A DNA stretch of 62,644 bases, filler included, from Globobulimina sp. (lineage: Eukaryota): the NCBI GenBank assembly GCA_003354225.1. It is 43 parts of 43 records of this genome, joined end to end, with 100 filler letters (N's around TTAATTAATTAA, not from the genome) between each part and the next. Parts side by side here need not be neighbours in the genome. Positions count along the whole stretch, not along the records: positions 24,822 to 26,181 come from PIVH01017973.1; positions 26,282 to 27,640 come from PIVH01017974.1; positions 27,741 to 29,099 come from PIVH01017975.1; positions 29,200 to 30,558 come from PIVH01017976.1; positions 30,659 to 32,017 come from PIVH01017977.1; positions 32,118 to 33,476 come from PIVH01017978.1; positions 33,577 to 34,935 come from PIVH01017979.1; positions 35,036 to 36,394 come from PIVH01017980.1; 35 more parts are not named here. The stretch is one strand, 5' to 3'. Numbering within the stretch: position 1 is the first letter of the stretch; each line of letters starts with the position of its first letter. Below the pieces are notes generated by a model. That model was not told the origin of the DNA. It searched no databases and saw only the letters and a program-made list of their open reading frames with translations. This document shows, one piece after another, positions 25,108-37,211 of the stretch. The translations under genes and the position numbers were made by a program.

Positions 25108-25905
25108 TTATAAATTAAGTTTTCTTGGGTCCAAAGAAGTGTTTCCAATCAGATCCCACATTTTTACAATGTGACCCACATTTTTATTTGGATTTAGATG
25201 GTGCACATGATGGTATTTTGATGTGATGAGACCAATTTTATCAAAACATTCAAAGAATGCAAGTTCCCTTTTATTATGAATCATGGTCGTCCAAAATGCA
25301 GTGAATAATCGACTGCAAAGCATTGATGCAATGAATACTTTTCTACAAAATAAAAGATGCAGACCAAAACCACATATCTCTACCAACATTCTTCCCAATC
25401 CATCCATAAGCGACGAATCTTTGGAAACAAAGATATTTGGATCCCTCATTCGATGATGTCCTTTGTGTTGAGTTATTTTTCGGAACCAAGTGATAGAATG
25501 TTGAGCATAATGATATAAATACAGCAAACCATCAAATGTCAAAATCATTGTAATTGATTGCATGAATACAAGTAACCACTCACTTGATTGCACACAATTA
25601 AACTCAAACTTTTTTGGATCAATACACAAAAAATAAAAAAAAACATGAATCGTACTGGTAAATATGAATCGTACTGGTCGTTCTGAGCGATAATTGTTTT
25701 GTTGATCTGTTCTTTTGTCTCCATACAAAATGTACATAATAGTTTGAGGAATTAGTAAAGATCCAATCAATACCGGTATTGTGAGTACAGCCAAAAATGA
25801 AATAAAACGACCAAATGCAGAATCATCACCAAATAAACTGTAAGAGGTAAGCATTAATAAAAGAAGTGGAAGTTCATGAATGATCTCTTTAATTTCAACT
25901 TTCAT
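25108..25905 (-). CDS. Fatty acid hydroxylase / sterol desaturase superfamily protein
   Basis: His boxes YLYHYAQH, HKGHH, IH, HHVHH; N.G...MWD..G C-terminal motif. Confidence 0.88.
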   Translation of the reverse strand: MKVEIKEIIHELPLLLLMLTSYSLFGDDSAFGRFISFLAVLTIPVLIGSLLIPQTIMYILYGDKRTDQQNNYRSERPVRFIFTSTIHVFFYFLCIDPKKFEFNCVQSSEWLLVFMQSITMILTFDGLLYLYHYAQHSITWFRKITQHKGHHRMRDPNIFVSKDSSLMDGLGRMLVEICGFGLHLLFCRKVFIASMLCSRLFTAFWTTMIHNKRELAFFECFDKIGLITSKYHHVHHLNPNKNVGHIVKMWDLIGNTSLDPRKLNL

Positions 25906-26562
25906 GCTGTAAATCTAATGTGTCACTGTCACTATGTTTAGATTATCTTAAAAACTTTGGAGCGGTTTTTCTCTTAAAAACTTTTATTTTTGTTGCGTGC
26001 ATTTCCCTCATATTCGTATCCCTTAGTTAGTTTTTATTTATTTAGTAATACTTTATTTTGCACCAACTTTCTGAAATTACTTTCAGTGCCCACCATAGCA
26101 ATAAAACAAAATAAAATACAAATTACTTATCTCAGCTTTAACACTGATGCCCAGAGACTCCCGTCACTTTAGTACTGGTTANNNNNNNNNNNNNNNNNNN
26201 NNNNNNNNNNNNNNNNNNNNNNNNNTTAATTAATTAANNNNNNNNNNNNNNNNNNNNNNNNNNNNNNNNNNNNNNNNNNNNATTTGCGCAAAAAGGCATC
26301 GGTGCAATAATATCCAGTGGATTTGCGTCAAAAGGCGCGGATGCAATAATATTCATTTGAGTTTGTGTTTGTTTTTTTGTGTGTGTTGTTGTTTGAAACC
26401 ACTATCCATTTTGTGTGCCTTGTTAACAAATAAAAAGTAGGCAGTCTCTGTTTGTTTACAAATAAAAAGTAGGCCTACTTAAAAAAAAGTAGGCGTTTAT
26501 ATTTACTAAATATGCAAATAATAAATATAAAAGCAAGTGAAATGTGAAAATATTAAAAGAAC

Positions 26563-27640
26563 TCAATAATTTTTGTTGTTACAATTATTACTTGTTTTAT
26601 TATAATTTGTAGAATTTTGATTAATTCGAGTTGTTAACCAAAATGTTACATATTTTTTCCACCCATTTGCATCAGGAGTATGTCTACGATTTCGTAAACA
26701 TGAAATATGATGTTTTCCAATTTTTTCTGGCCCTTGAGCTAATTCATCCGTATTTAGTCGCAATGCGGCATAATCATCAATGCATTCTTGACTTGTTTTT
26801 TTTGGTTTAATTAATGCATCAAAATCTGTCATTAATAAACATATTTTAATATCTTCAGCAGAAACATAATTTTTAGTTGTTAAATCAGTATTTTCTTCAT
26901 ATTTCTTTTTTAAATCTTTTGTATGTTTCAATCTAAGACCATCACAATTTCTAACAATTTTCCCTGGCAAAGATTTAATCCAATTAAATGTCCAAATATC
27001 TCCACGCAATTTTTTGTTACTTGATGTAAACATTGGCTGATTCTTTTCCCATCGAAAGACTGATTCTTCCAATTGATTTGACAAATAATCTGAACGTAAC
27101 GCAGCTTTTTTACAAATTAATGGACCATATTTCCATTTATTATCAAATAAATAAGAATTTGTTTTTGGATGATATGATTCACTCAAAATCATACCATTTT
27201 TGATAGGTGAAGAAAAACAAAAATTAACTGGATTTCTTTTAGGAATTGTAATAGATCCGGCTGGTAGTTTACCAATTGATTGTGGTAGGAATATAGTAAT
27301 ATTTGCTGACCCAGAATGAAAAAATAAATTGCATGAATAAAATCGGCAAATTTCATCAAATTCCCATGACATTTTTGGTAAAATCTTTGGTGGATTAAAT
27401 TTATTTTTTGAATACATTCCTTCAATGCGCTCATCAAATAAAAATTTGTTCAAATCTGTATCTTCAATCAAATTATATTCTTTTAATTCAAATAAAATGC
27501 ATAAAATATTAATAGAATCCGTCATTTCATCGCCAGTCGTAGCTTCAATAAAATTGTTTAAACCATTCAGCGCTAAACTTTTTATCAATTTTCGTTTTGC
27601 TTGTGTTTTAAATGTTTTATCGTTATAATCAAAATGACCA
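26563..27640 (-). CDS. Hypothetical protein (5' partial)
   Basis: Long ORF open from the contig edge; no family recognised. Confidence 0.55.
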
Positions 27641-29199
27641 NNNNNNNNNNNNNNNNNNNNNNNNNNNNNNNNNNNNNNNNNNNNTTAATTAATTAANNNN
27701 NNNNNNNNNNNNNNNNNNNNNNNNNNNNNNNNNNNNNNNNTTGTAAACATTACTGTATTGTCAACATTGAAATACCCGGAATTGAAAGTTGCCTGACATT
27801 ATTTGCAGTGTCAGATACGAATCAAGATTTGTTAGTTATTCTACAAAACTGTTTGTGTCTATTTATCAGGAATAAATTGCTTATTTTAAATTGCATTTTG
27901 ATATATGTTATAACGAGAAAAGTTTCCATGACCATGACAGTGTACAATTTTTAGGCTTTGTTATTTTGGAGCACACGCTGAATTGATTTTGTTCTAATTT
28001 TTATTCAAAATAGTAATATCAAATAACAATCATATTATGTCATTAAATCGTTGAGCGCCGATCCATATGGAAAAAAGGCATGGATTGGAATCAATTCAGT
28101 TATTATGTTGCCTGGTTCTTATAGTGAATTTGAATTCAAACTCAAGTATAACTTGGTTTGCAATCACAAAATTGACTAAGTCTTCGATTGTTTCTTTGAC
28201 AATGGAGTATATGTCCCATGCTGTGTAGGTCCAAAATGCAATGATAGCTGCTGCAAACAGGAGCCACTAAATGTTCCAAAATCTTTGTCAACTATACAAA
28301 CGAATATCTGTTTGTTACCTTAAATTGAATTAGCAGATGCTCTTTCAATATCAATCTAGATTTTGCTTGCCATATGGAACAAACTTCCAGGAAAAAATCT
28401 ATTCCTGTGGTGCGTACACGTTTTGGTTCAGCAGTTTCTTGCTCCAATTCCAAAGCTTCATAGACACAGTCATGAGCTGGACAATAATTTTCATTGAATC
28501 TCGACAAATTAGTGCATGCCAATGACAGGAGAATACTCTGATTTGGTTGAGGATTATAGTTAAGCTAAAGCCATTCTGTTTTGCTACATTTTCATTGAAA
28601 CAAACATTAAGTATGCAGTACTTACGGCTCTATCTCTATGAAAGCGCCAGTGTCTCTCTCCATACATACCCCAGTTCCACCTTGTCGGAGGATGGCGGCG
28701 ACAAATGAAAATAAAGAGTGTAAATGTAGCGATGCCCACAAAAATCATTGCCACACGGGGTCCGGGTGGCAGGGCAGGAGCGGCCCTTGGCCTCGATTTA
28801 TGGCCAACCATTGTTCCGCTTCCATTCCGCTGCTTCTGCTTGAAACAAAGTAAAACAACAATGGATGATATTTAAGGTTACCATGCACAACAACTGTAGA
28901 TAATATGTAGCAATTCACTGGTAATAACCATAAAAGGAATGAAAAGACAACTTCATAACTTTATTTGTTTGCTTCTTTCTATTGTGCCTAGCTGTTTTCG
29001 CATATAAATCACTGTGCACAAATTGCTAACATAGTTTTGTTGGTTGACAGTACAGTACATTGTTAATCATTGAGCTATTCTGTTCCCTCTTCGTGCCACN
29101 NNNNNNNNNNNNNNNNNNNNNNNNNNNNNNNNNNNNNNNNNNNTTAATTAATTAANNNNNNNNNNNNNNNNNNNNNNNNNNNNNNNNNNNNNNNNNNNN

Positions 29200-29680
29200 T
29201 TATTTACCAAGAATATGCGTATTGGCGACAAAGATGAAGCATCTAAATTGTATGCTAAACAAATACTCGATATTGGTAATGGTATTTATCCAACGCACAC
29301 TATCAATGATGTTGATAATTTGATTAGAATTCCTGATGATTGGCTATCCAAGTCCAATAATGTAGATGATTTCATTGACGAAATATATGGTGATATTGTA
29401 GATAAATATAAGGAGACACATGGCAAATATTTTGCTAACCGTTCGATACTAACACCGTTGAATGAGACAGTCAGAGATATTAATCAAAGAGTACTTAAAA
29501 AACTTCCAGGCGATGTGATTGAAAAGTTGAGTGACGATAAAGTGATTGATGACGCGCATGCGTGGGATTATCCTGCTGAACGCTTAAATGATTACAATAC
29601 AGGCGGCTTTCCACTACATAAACTGAGAATAAAAACGTATGCGCCTGTCATTTTATTACGAAATATTGCACCACGTAACG
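29200..29680 (+). mobile_element. Helitron-type Pif1 helicase fragment, truncated
   Basis: NMR...LDIGNG, RSILTPLNETVRDIN, YPAERLN...GFPLHKLRIK..APVILLRNI; the expected GLCNGTR is missing. Confidence 0.88.
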
Positions 29681-30012
29681 TCCAATTATTACGAAAAAAC
29701 ATTATTACGAAATATTGTCATTTTATTACGAAATATCATCAAATGGTCAATCATAAATTGAATCTGTGGTTGATTTTTCAATGATTATGTCACCGTTATT
29801 CCAACCATTGCTTGCATTAATTGTATAATTTGTCAAGTGTCAGGAAACTACTTGATAATTGGAGCATTAATTTAACATATAACAGCGCATCCAGTAATCG
29901 TTAGGGGTCCTAACCTTCACTAGCGACTCAAAAACTTGTGTGACGGTTATATGTTTTGACACGAATCTACATTTTTAAAGCACAAAAAGAATTTTATGTT
30001 AACATTGTTAAT

Positions 30013-30558
30013 TTACCATCGATGATATGTATGTCTGTTTTTACCACGCAACAAAAATGATAATTTACCATGTTTTGAACATCTGAATTTTGGTTTTTTC
30101 TTTTTATCTTTTTTATCTTTAACTTTTCTTAAAATCACAGCTCTTTTCCTCAAATTTAATTCAAATAATTCTGATGGCGGCAGGTTTATGGAAGTGGGAC
30201 AGTTACTCGTTAAGTATTTTATAATTTGTTGCTCCGATAATATATCTTCGTCGATAGTGACTGTTCGACCGTTATACATTGCAGCTCTATCATTAGATGG
30301 TATTTTGGCATCCAATATATCATTAACCTCAATATGTACATGATCACGTTGATTATCTTTTTGTTGTAGTGATATATCAATGTCTGCTAAACTTAGAAAT
30401 GCAATCGATGACTCCAATTGAGTGATGACAGCATCTTGATTCTCATTTACATTCAAATTAGTAAATTTGTTTGGGAGTATACGTTCTGTATCAGTGTACC
30501 GGTTAATTACTTCCATTATACATAATGATTGTTTAAACGTCATTAGACTATGCTCAAC
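30013..30558 (-). CDS. Hypothetical protein
   Basis: 176-aa ORF with a basic C-terminus. Confidence 0.4.
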   Translation of the reverse strand, partial: VEHSLMTFKQSLCIMEVINRYTDTERILPNKFTNLNVNENQDAVITQLESSIAFLSLADIDISLQQKDNQRDHVHIEVNDILDAKIPSNDRAAMYNGRTVTIDEDILSEQQIIKYLTSNCPTSINLPPSELFELNLRKRAVILRKVKDKKDKKKKPKFRCSKHGKLSFLLRGKNRHTYHRW

Positions 30559-30658
30559 NNNNNNNNNNNNNNNNNNNNNNNNNNNNNNNNNNNNNNNNNN
30601 NNTTAATTAATTAANNNNNNNNNNNNNNNNNNNNNNNNNNNNNNNNNNNNNNNNNNNN

Positions 30659-32002
30659 TTGTGTAATGCTCAATTATCAATATACACTGCTATCACAATT
30701 GTATCATGTTTTCAGCTTTCATTAATATGCATTTTCTTTGGGTTTACTGAAATAAATCAAGTATCATATTATCCTCGTTCGGCTGTCTTAATTGTTTTGA
30801 TTATATTTGTGCTTATTACGGGTTGGAATGATGTATATAAAGTATGGCTTTTCAGTATTTTGCTGATACATTACATTAATTTACATTCTGGTGATTTTGC
30901 AATCCCAACAACAAAAACTCCAAATCAATATCAAAAACTCCCAAGCAAAAGAAAAGATGTTTTTCGGTCAATGATTCAAAGTGGGAAACACCAACAATAT
31001 CAAAAACTTACATGGTTTAATAAATACTCTGCAGCTGATACCCAGGATGACTTTGAGGGATCATGTTATTGTGAACCAGAATTATCCAATGCAAATGGCA
31101 ACATTTTCGCCGCAAATCTGCATTATAACGGAATTAAGTTTGATTGTTTGGATTTATATTTGAAGAATCTTTACAATAACAATGAATTGATTATCAGCCA
31201 TAATCAGCCAACAGATGAGAAATTAGCGAATGCAAATTCAAATTACTTAACGTTAAGTCATGAATATGAATCCAACCAATTGTATAATTTTGATATTGAT
31301 TTGTTACGTATGATTGGCGAAGATGCAAATTATTATCAATCTCTTGCAAGCAATAAATACTTTATTAAGCAAGAAATTGTTTCTTTAATTATATTTGTAA
31401 AATTTGCTACATTCCGCTCGTTATTCAATAAAAGTGTGTTAGAACACGAATCATCGCATCCATTTCATTTTACTCATTTTCATAGAATATTATCTGATAT
31501 TGCATGCTTATCAGGTTTTAAAAATCGCACTAAGACAGGATATACAGTGTTGAATTCACAGATTTCCTCCAGAACACCAATTATATTTTCGTCCAATTTT
31601 AAGACAATGTTTGATTTTGGAAAATTAACCAACAATAAATACCAAGGGATCCCATTTATTGTAGAGGTTTCCGGCATATTTGTGCCAATTTCATGCTTTG
31701 GTGCTGCATTTGATGAGATATTTATTTGCATTCCAACAAATATACAAATAGCAACTTTTGAGAGTTGTGATGATCTGATATCGATTACGGCGGCTCAACA
31801 ATTACGAGATTTATTGAAGCTGAATGACATAATATTTGCAAAACATATGAAATTTGAAATGAATGAAATCAACACAGTAAATACTAGGCGACATTCAATG
31901 CATAATATTAATGACAAAGCAATGGATAATATTCAAAGAACAATGAGTACAGACAACATTCATAAAATGTATATTGATCATGATATAAAAGAGGAAAAAT
32001 AG
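30659..32002 (+). CDS. Hypothetical protein with N-terminal TM helices (5' partial)
   Basis: 447-aa ORF; no family recognised. Confidence 0.55.
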   Translation: MCNAQLSIYTAITIVSCFQLSLICIFFGFTEINQVSYYPRSAVLIVLIIFVLITGWNDVYKVWLFSILLIHYINLHSGDFAIPTTKTPNQYQKLPSKRKDVFRSMIQSGKHQQYQKLTWFNKYSAADTQDDFEGSCYCEPELSNANGNIFAANLHYNGIKFDCLDLYLKNLYNNNELIISHNQPTDEKLANANSNYLTLSHEYESNQLYNFDIDLLRMIGEDANYYQSLASNKYFIKQEIVSLIIFVKFATFRSLFNKSVLEHESSHPFHFTHFHRILSDIACLSGFKNRTKTGYTVLNSQISSRTPIIFSSNFKTMFDFGKLTNNKYQGIPFIVEVSGIFVPISCFGAAFDEIFICIPTNIQIATFESCDDLISITAAQQLRDLLKLNDIIFAKHMKFEMNEINTVNTRRHSMHNINDKAMDNIQRTMSTDNIHKMYIDHDIKEEK

Positions 32003-32117
32003 GAAGATGAAGAAAGGNNNNNNNNNNNNNNNNNNNNNNNNNNNNNNNNNNNNNNNNNNNNTTAATTAATTAANNNNNNNNNNNNNNNNNNNNNNNNNNN
32101 NNNNNNNNNNNNNNNNN

Positions 32118-33444
32118 TATGTTTTACAATAATTTTCTTGTACTTTATCGGGTTTTGAGTCAATGAATTCCATAAATATGCAATAACGTGTTGTAAATAC
32201 TGCTCCTCACATTTGTCCCGTTGGGAATATATACACAAAACATCCAAAATAAGTTGCGCTAAAAAAGCAAACTCTTTATGTTTTGTTACAGAATTTATAA
32301 TATCAATCACATCGTCATATAACTCAATAAAACTATTAATTTTTTGTATTTCCCTCGTGTCGTTATTATTCGGTTCATGTGTTTTGGTTCTAATCCAATT
32401 TTTGAACGAAGATACCAAGCCCTTTTCATTTGGTAACGTTTTCTTAATTATTTGTAGAATATCATACAACTTATTTGCTAATTTCAATTCAATATATTCT
32501 GCAACAAATAGTACTGCATCAAATCGAAGTGTCTGAGCAATCAATTTCAACGCCAAATGAGTTAAATACTGTGCCCAATCCGAGTCAATTCCCTTTATAC
32601 AAATGTCCAACACATTTAAAGTAATTTTTCTCGCGATGCTCATATCCAAAACGTGGCTCAATGTCTGATATTTGGAGGAAAATACGCGTTGAATACCAAT
32701 ACAAGATTCCGCGAGTACTGTTGAAAAACATTTTTGTTGCTTGTCGAACTCCGGCTGTGTTTTATGTCGACGTCTCTTATTCAGAAACTTATCCATTTTC
32801 TTATTCATTTTAGTTCGATTCGATAAATATTCGTAACCAACAATCACTGTCCAATCGAAGAATAAATGCAATACTTTGCGAGTGAGCTCGTGATTTAATA
32901 TTTTATTCACAGTGTCGTCCACGGATTTATATCTGTAAAATGTGGAAAGAGACCATATTGACATCGCTCTGAACGACCACACATTGATCGGCGCACTCTC
33001 TGCTTTCTGGATAAAAATAGCCTCTTTGTTCAATACTTTGATCATGAATGGAATGTAGTTAATGTTATGTGTCAACGCTAACTTCTTCCACTTATCCTGC
33101 ACTGTATTTTGATGCGCTTTGTCTTTGGATATCACATAATTGCCCACCACACAAATAAGTGAGCGGCAAACCCGATATTCTTCTTCGACTAATTCTGCTC
33201 GTTTATGCAACAAATTGTAGATTGCGTCCATGGTAACATGGATGACATTATATTGTGTAGCAAAGGTGCATAATGTCAAATATTTCTCTCTGATCTCATA
33301 TTCATTCGTCGCGAATAAGTTCGCTAATAATATAGCAGCGTTGTGTTGTATTCTCCAATCTTTGTGCTGTAATAATCGAATTATTTGCGTCATGGTGCAG
33401 ACATTGGATAGTTTATCATCAGACATTCTGTCCACTGCAAACAT
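32118..33444 (-). CDS. Armadillo-repeat protein (divergent importin-alpha-like)
   Basis: IQHNAAILLANL, ICVVGNY and SIWSLSTFYR are ARM helix-3 patterns. Confidence 0.6.
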
Positions 33445-33717
33445 AGATTAATACAATTACAATATGATGCATTTTGNNNNNNNNNNNNNNNNNNNNNNNN
33501 NNNNNNNNNNNNNNNNNNNNTTAATTAATTAANNNNNNNNNNNNNNNNNNNNNNNNNNNNNNNNNNNNNNNNNNNNAATTATATTGGATTTTTTTTTGTG
33601 TTTTTTGTATTTTATGTTAAGTAAAACAGTGTAAAATATATCAGAGCTTCAACAAACGCTACGAAACTGTCTTAAGTTGATTCGTGTAATTTGGTCAAAA
33701 CTTCAATATCATATGCA

Positions 33718-34935
33718 TTATAATTTTGATTTCTGTTTTTTAAGCAATTTATGAATATATTTTTTTTCACCATTCTGATATTGTTGAACGCAATCATAAT
33801 CATTTGAATTTAAAATCCATTTGGTAGTTAATAGTCCATTGATTCCCACAGGGCCCCTACTATGAATTCTATTCGTTGATATGCCAACTTCCGCACCTAA
33901 ACCAAATCTATACCCATCCGAAAATCTTGTTGATGCATTGCAAAATACGCACGCTGAATCTATCATATTTAAAAACAATTTCCTATTCACATCATCCTCT
34001 GTTATTATACTGTCCGTATGGTGCGAGCTATATTTATTGATATGATTTATTGCATCAATCACATCCGACACAATCTCAACACTCAAATCTAAATCAGAAT
34101 ATTCAATCACATACGATTTACTTAATGCAAATCTAGCGGTCAACTTTGGAAACAATTGTTTCATTTTTGCTCCAACAAAAATATTCACATTATTTTGATG
34201 CAACACATTTACAATCTCACTGATATATTTATTTGCAAATTCAACATTAACTAACAATGTTTCCGTCGCATTACAGGCCGCGGGATAATTACACTTTGCG
34301 TCAATTAATATTTTCAAAGCTTTCTGTAAATTGGCATGTTTATCAATATATAAATGACAGAGACCGGAGGAATGTCCTAACACTGGAATGACTGTATTAT
34401 TTTCAATGTATTTTACAAATTGCATGCTTCCCCGCGGTATTATTAAATCAATCACATCTTTGTCTAAACTCAACAATGATTTGATATCCTTTCTGGTTTC
34501 AATTAAATGCACAATACGATTCCCAACGATTTTATTCTTTGTACAGACATCGATTTCCTCACAGATTATTTTATATAAAATTGCATTTGAATATGTAGCT
34601 TCAGAGCCACCTTTTAATAACAATCCATTTCCCGATTTTATGGATAAGGCAATGACTTGCGGCAAAACATCGGGGCGCGACTCAAATATCACTAATATGA
34701 CACCAATCGGTGTGCTAATTTGCTTTAAATTCAATGTCAAAGAGACCTTCATCTCCGATAATGTCCGTGCAATTGGTTCAGAATAGTTTGCAATTGGTCG
34801 AATGCCACGGATAACGATATCTAATTTCTCGTTTGTCAGTGATAAACGATGCAATAATTGTTTATTTAAATTGATCTGTTTTGCGTTTACTAAATCGCGA
34901 TTATTCTCAGATAATATAATCTCTTTATTTCTTTC
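33718..34935 (-). CDS. Gamma-glutamyl phosphate reductase (ProA / P5CS C-terminal domain), 5' partial, ending in SKL
   Basis: PIGVILVIFESRP, KSGNGLLLKGG, IIPRGS, YPAACNATETLL, NASTRFSDG.RFGLGAEVGIST.RIHSRGPVG. Confidence 0.96.
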   Translation of the reverse strand, partial: ERNKEIILSENNRDLVNAKQINLNKQLLHRLSLTNEKLDIVIRGIRPIANYSEPIARTLSEMKVSLTLNLKQISTPIGVILVIFESRPDVLPQVIALSIKSGNGLLLKGGSEATYSNAILYKIICEEIDVCTKNKIVGNRIVHLIETRKDIKSLLSLDKDVIDLIIPRGSMQFVKYIENNTVIPVLGHSSGLCHLYIDKHANLQKALKILIDAKCNYPAACNATETLLVNVEFANKYISEIVNVLHQNNVNIFVGAKMKQLFPKLTARFALSKSYVIEYSDLDLSVEIVSDVIDAINHINKYSSHHTDSIITEDDVNRKLFLNMIDSACVFCNASTRFSDGYRFGLGAEVGISTNRIHSRGPVGINGLLTTKWILNSNDYDCVQQYQNGEKKYIHKLLKKQKSKL

Positions 34936-35035
34936 NNNNNNNNNNNNNNNNNNNNNNNNNNNNNNNNNNNNNNNNNNNNTTAATTAATTAANNNNNNNNN
35001 NNNNNNNNNNNNNNNNNNNNNNNNNNNNNNNNNNN

Positions 35036-36394
35036 TATACTCAACCAGAAGGAGCATTTTTATCACTCCTATTAACAAGAATCGAAGCTCACATACTACA
35101 AATAATAATCCAAGCAGTCAATGCAACTTTCAAAACTCCGAAAAATAAACAAATTGCAGTACTATGCTTTGATGGCATTATGCTCCCAAAAAAACACTGG
35201 AAAAATGAAAAAGAGCGTGACCAATTTATCAAATTCCTGGAACAAATTATCACCAAAAAACTAGGTATACAAATCAACCTCATCAGCAAACCATTAAACC
35301 ATACATTATTAGACAAAATAAAAAAATACCATCAAAATCACCCAAACCTAAATATCGAAAACAACACTAACCACACCAACCATTATCACAACCAGCTTAG
35401 TGAAAAAATGGAAATTGATGAATATAACTCACTCAACTACCTTCAAACCAACAATAATAATTCCCAAACAAACAATATGAATGAACAACCACCACATCCA
35501 GACATCATAATGCAAGACCTAACACAAGAACAACTAGAAACCAACCCTCCAATAACACAGAAAGAATTTCAAGCATATATTATCAAAAAAATAAACACAC
35601 ATAATCTCCAACAACTACACCCCCAACATCCACTACAAATAATCAACTTTTGTCCAGATAAATGGCAAACTTTCCAACTAATTGATGAAACAGCCACAAA
35701 AACTTCAATAAAAATCACACACCTTCGACAATACAGAAAACTATTTTACAATTTTGGAAATCTAGCAAAACATATGGAACAACACAATACATGTAACCTT
35801 TGCCAACAATATATAGCACCAGACCAAAACACAATTGAAAAACATATCATCCTCTCATGTCCACATCTCAACAAACTCCGTAAACGATATTGGATACAAG
35901 CACACAATGAATTAGCCAAAATAAGTAATAAACCAAATCACACACACCAAACTAGATTCTCACAACACACACTAAAAACTATTCGCGCATTCAATAGCGG
36001 TAAATATAAAGAATTTTGGAAATTAGCAAGTGGGGCAAATCATATAATAACACATAAACAAACAGAAAAAATAGAACTAAAACATATTAAACTTACATGG
36101 TACGATAAAAAAAGACAACAACAAAATCAAGAACAGCACACTCATCACTTTTACACACAATTAATATCAAAACTTGCAGAATGGTACCACATTACACATC
36201 GAATAACACTAGACCATTATAAAAACAATCCACAGAAAACCACAGTAACCACAAAACTCAATAAATATAAACAAACTAAATATAACTATACATACCATGC
36301 ATGGTGCCCAACAAGAGCAGATTGGCAAAAATATAAAAAACAAAATAAAATTACACAAAATGACATAGTTATAGCAACAGATGGAAGTGGCAAA
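35036..36394 (+). mobile_element. Mobile-element polyprotein fragment: family-A/TV-Pol-like C-terminus + CCHC knuckle + RNase H start
   Basis: One open frame over the whole contig: EGAFLSLLL..IE..IL...VLCFDGIML; C-x2-C-x13-H-x4-C; IVIATDGSG. Confidence 0.65.
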
Positions 36395-37162
36395 NNNNNN
36401 NNNNNNNNNNNNNNNNNNNNNNNNNNNNNNNNNNNNNNTTAATTAATTAANNNNNNNNNNNNNNNNNNNNNNNNNNNNNNNNNNNNNNNNNNNNTTTCAG
36501 TATTTCTTCTTTCAAAATAAATGTTGTCTGCTTTTAATATATGTTTCAGTGAAAACTCGTTTGTACCGCATGCAGTACATATTGTTTTATCATTTCGTTG
36601 GTTACATTTAGTGCATTGATATGTGGCTTTTCTTAGATTATGGGCAGATGTAACGACATGCGAATAGCCGCCATATACTTTAAATACAGTGGCAGTGCCA
36701 TTTTTAGTTATTTTATTCTTGTTTTTGTCCGTGAATTGACAAATTAATTTACCAATGCACTCTGTGATGCGCGTATTTTTGATGTTGAATTGATGGGCTT
36801 ATTTTTATTAACAAGTATGCCTTGTTCAATTACATCATCTGACACATGTACAGAGTCGATGGCAAGTTCTGATTTCTCATCGTATTTGATATCTGACTTA
36901 TTTTCATTTGCCATATTTTGTGACTGCGGTTTTTAACGTTTTTTAATCGGATTGTTAATTCATTTTAATCTTATCCCACCACTCACGCGTCCTGAAACAT
37001 GGTGGAAGTTTTATCACATTACGAATAATTGTCAAAGGGATACACAACTCGAAACTTGCAACAAATACACAACTCATTTACAAAGGACTACACAAAAACT
37101 CAATGTGGCCCCTTTTCCCATAATTTGTCCAATCATGACTTATTAAATTATATACAAAAATG

Positions 37163-37211
37163 CACATGATACACAAGTGCACATGGTCCATGTGCACTTG
37201 TGCATCATGTG
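37163..37211. repeat. 49-nt near-perfect palindrome
   Basis: CACATGATACACAAGTGCACATGG-T-CCATGTGCACTTGTGCATCATGTG, one mismatch. Confidence 0.9.

Noticed and set aside
26282-26356. Two ~39-nt imperfect repeats as a CRISPR-like array
   Set aside because: No spacers; they encode a 13-aa peptide repeat at the start of a minus-strand ORF (MNIIASAPFDANPLDIIAPMPFCAN).
27741-29099. Cys-rich and TM-like short ORFs in this contig
   Set aside because: Fragmentary, interrupted by stops, and no family recognised; cannot be supported.
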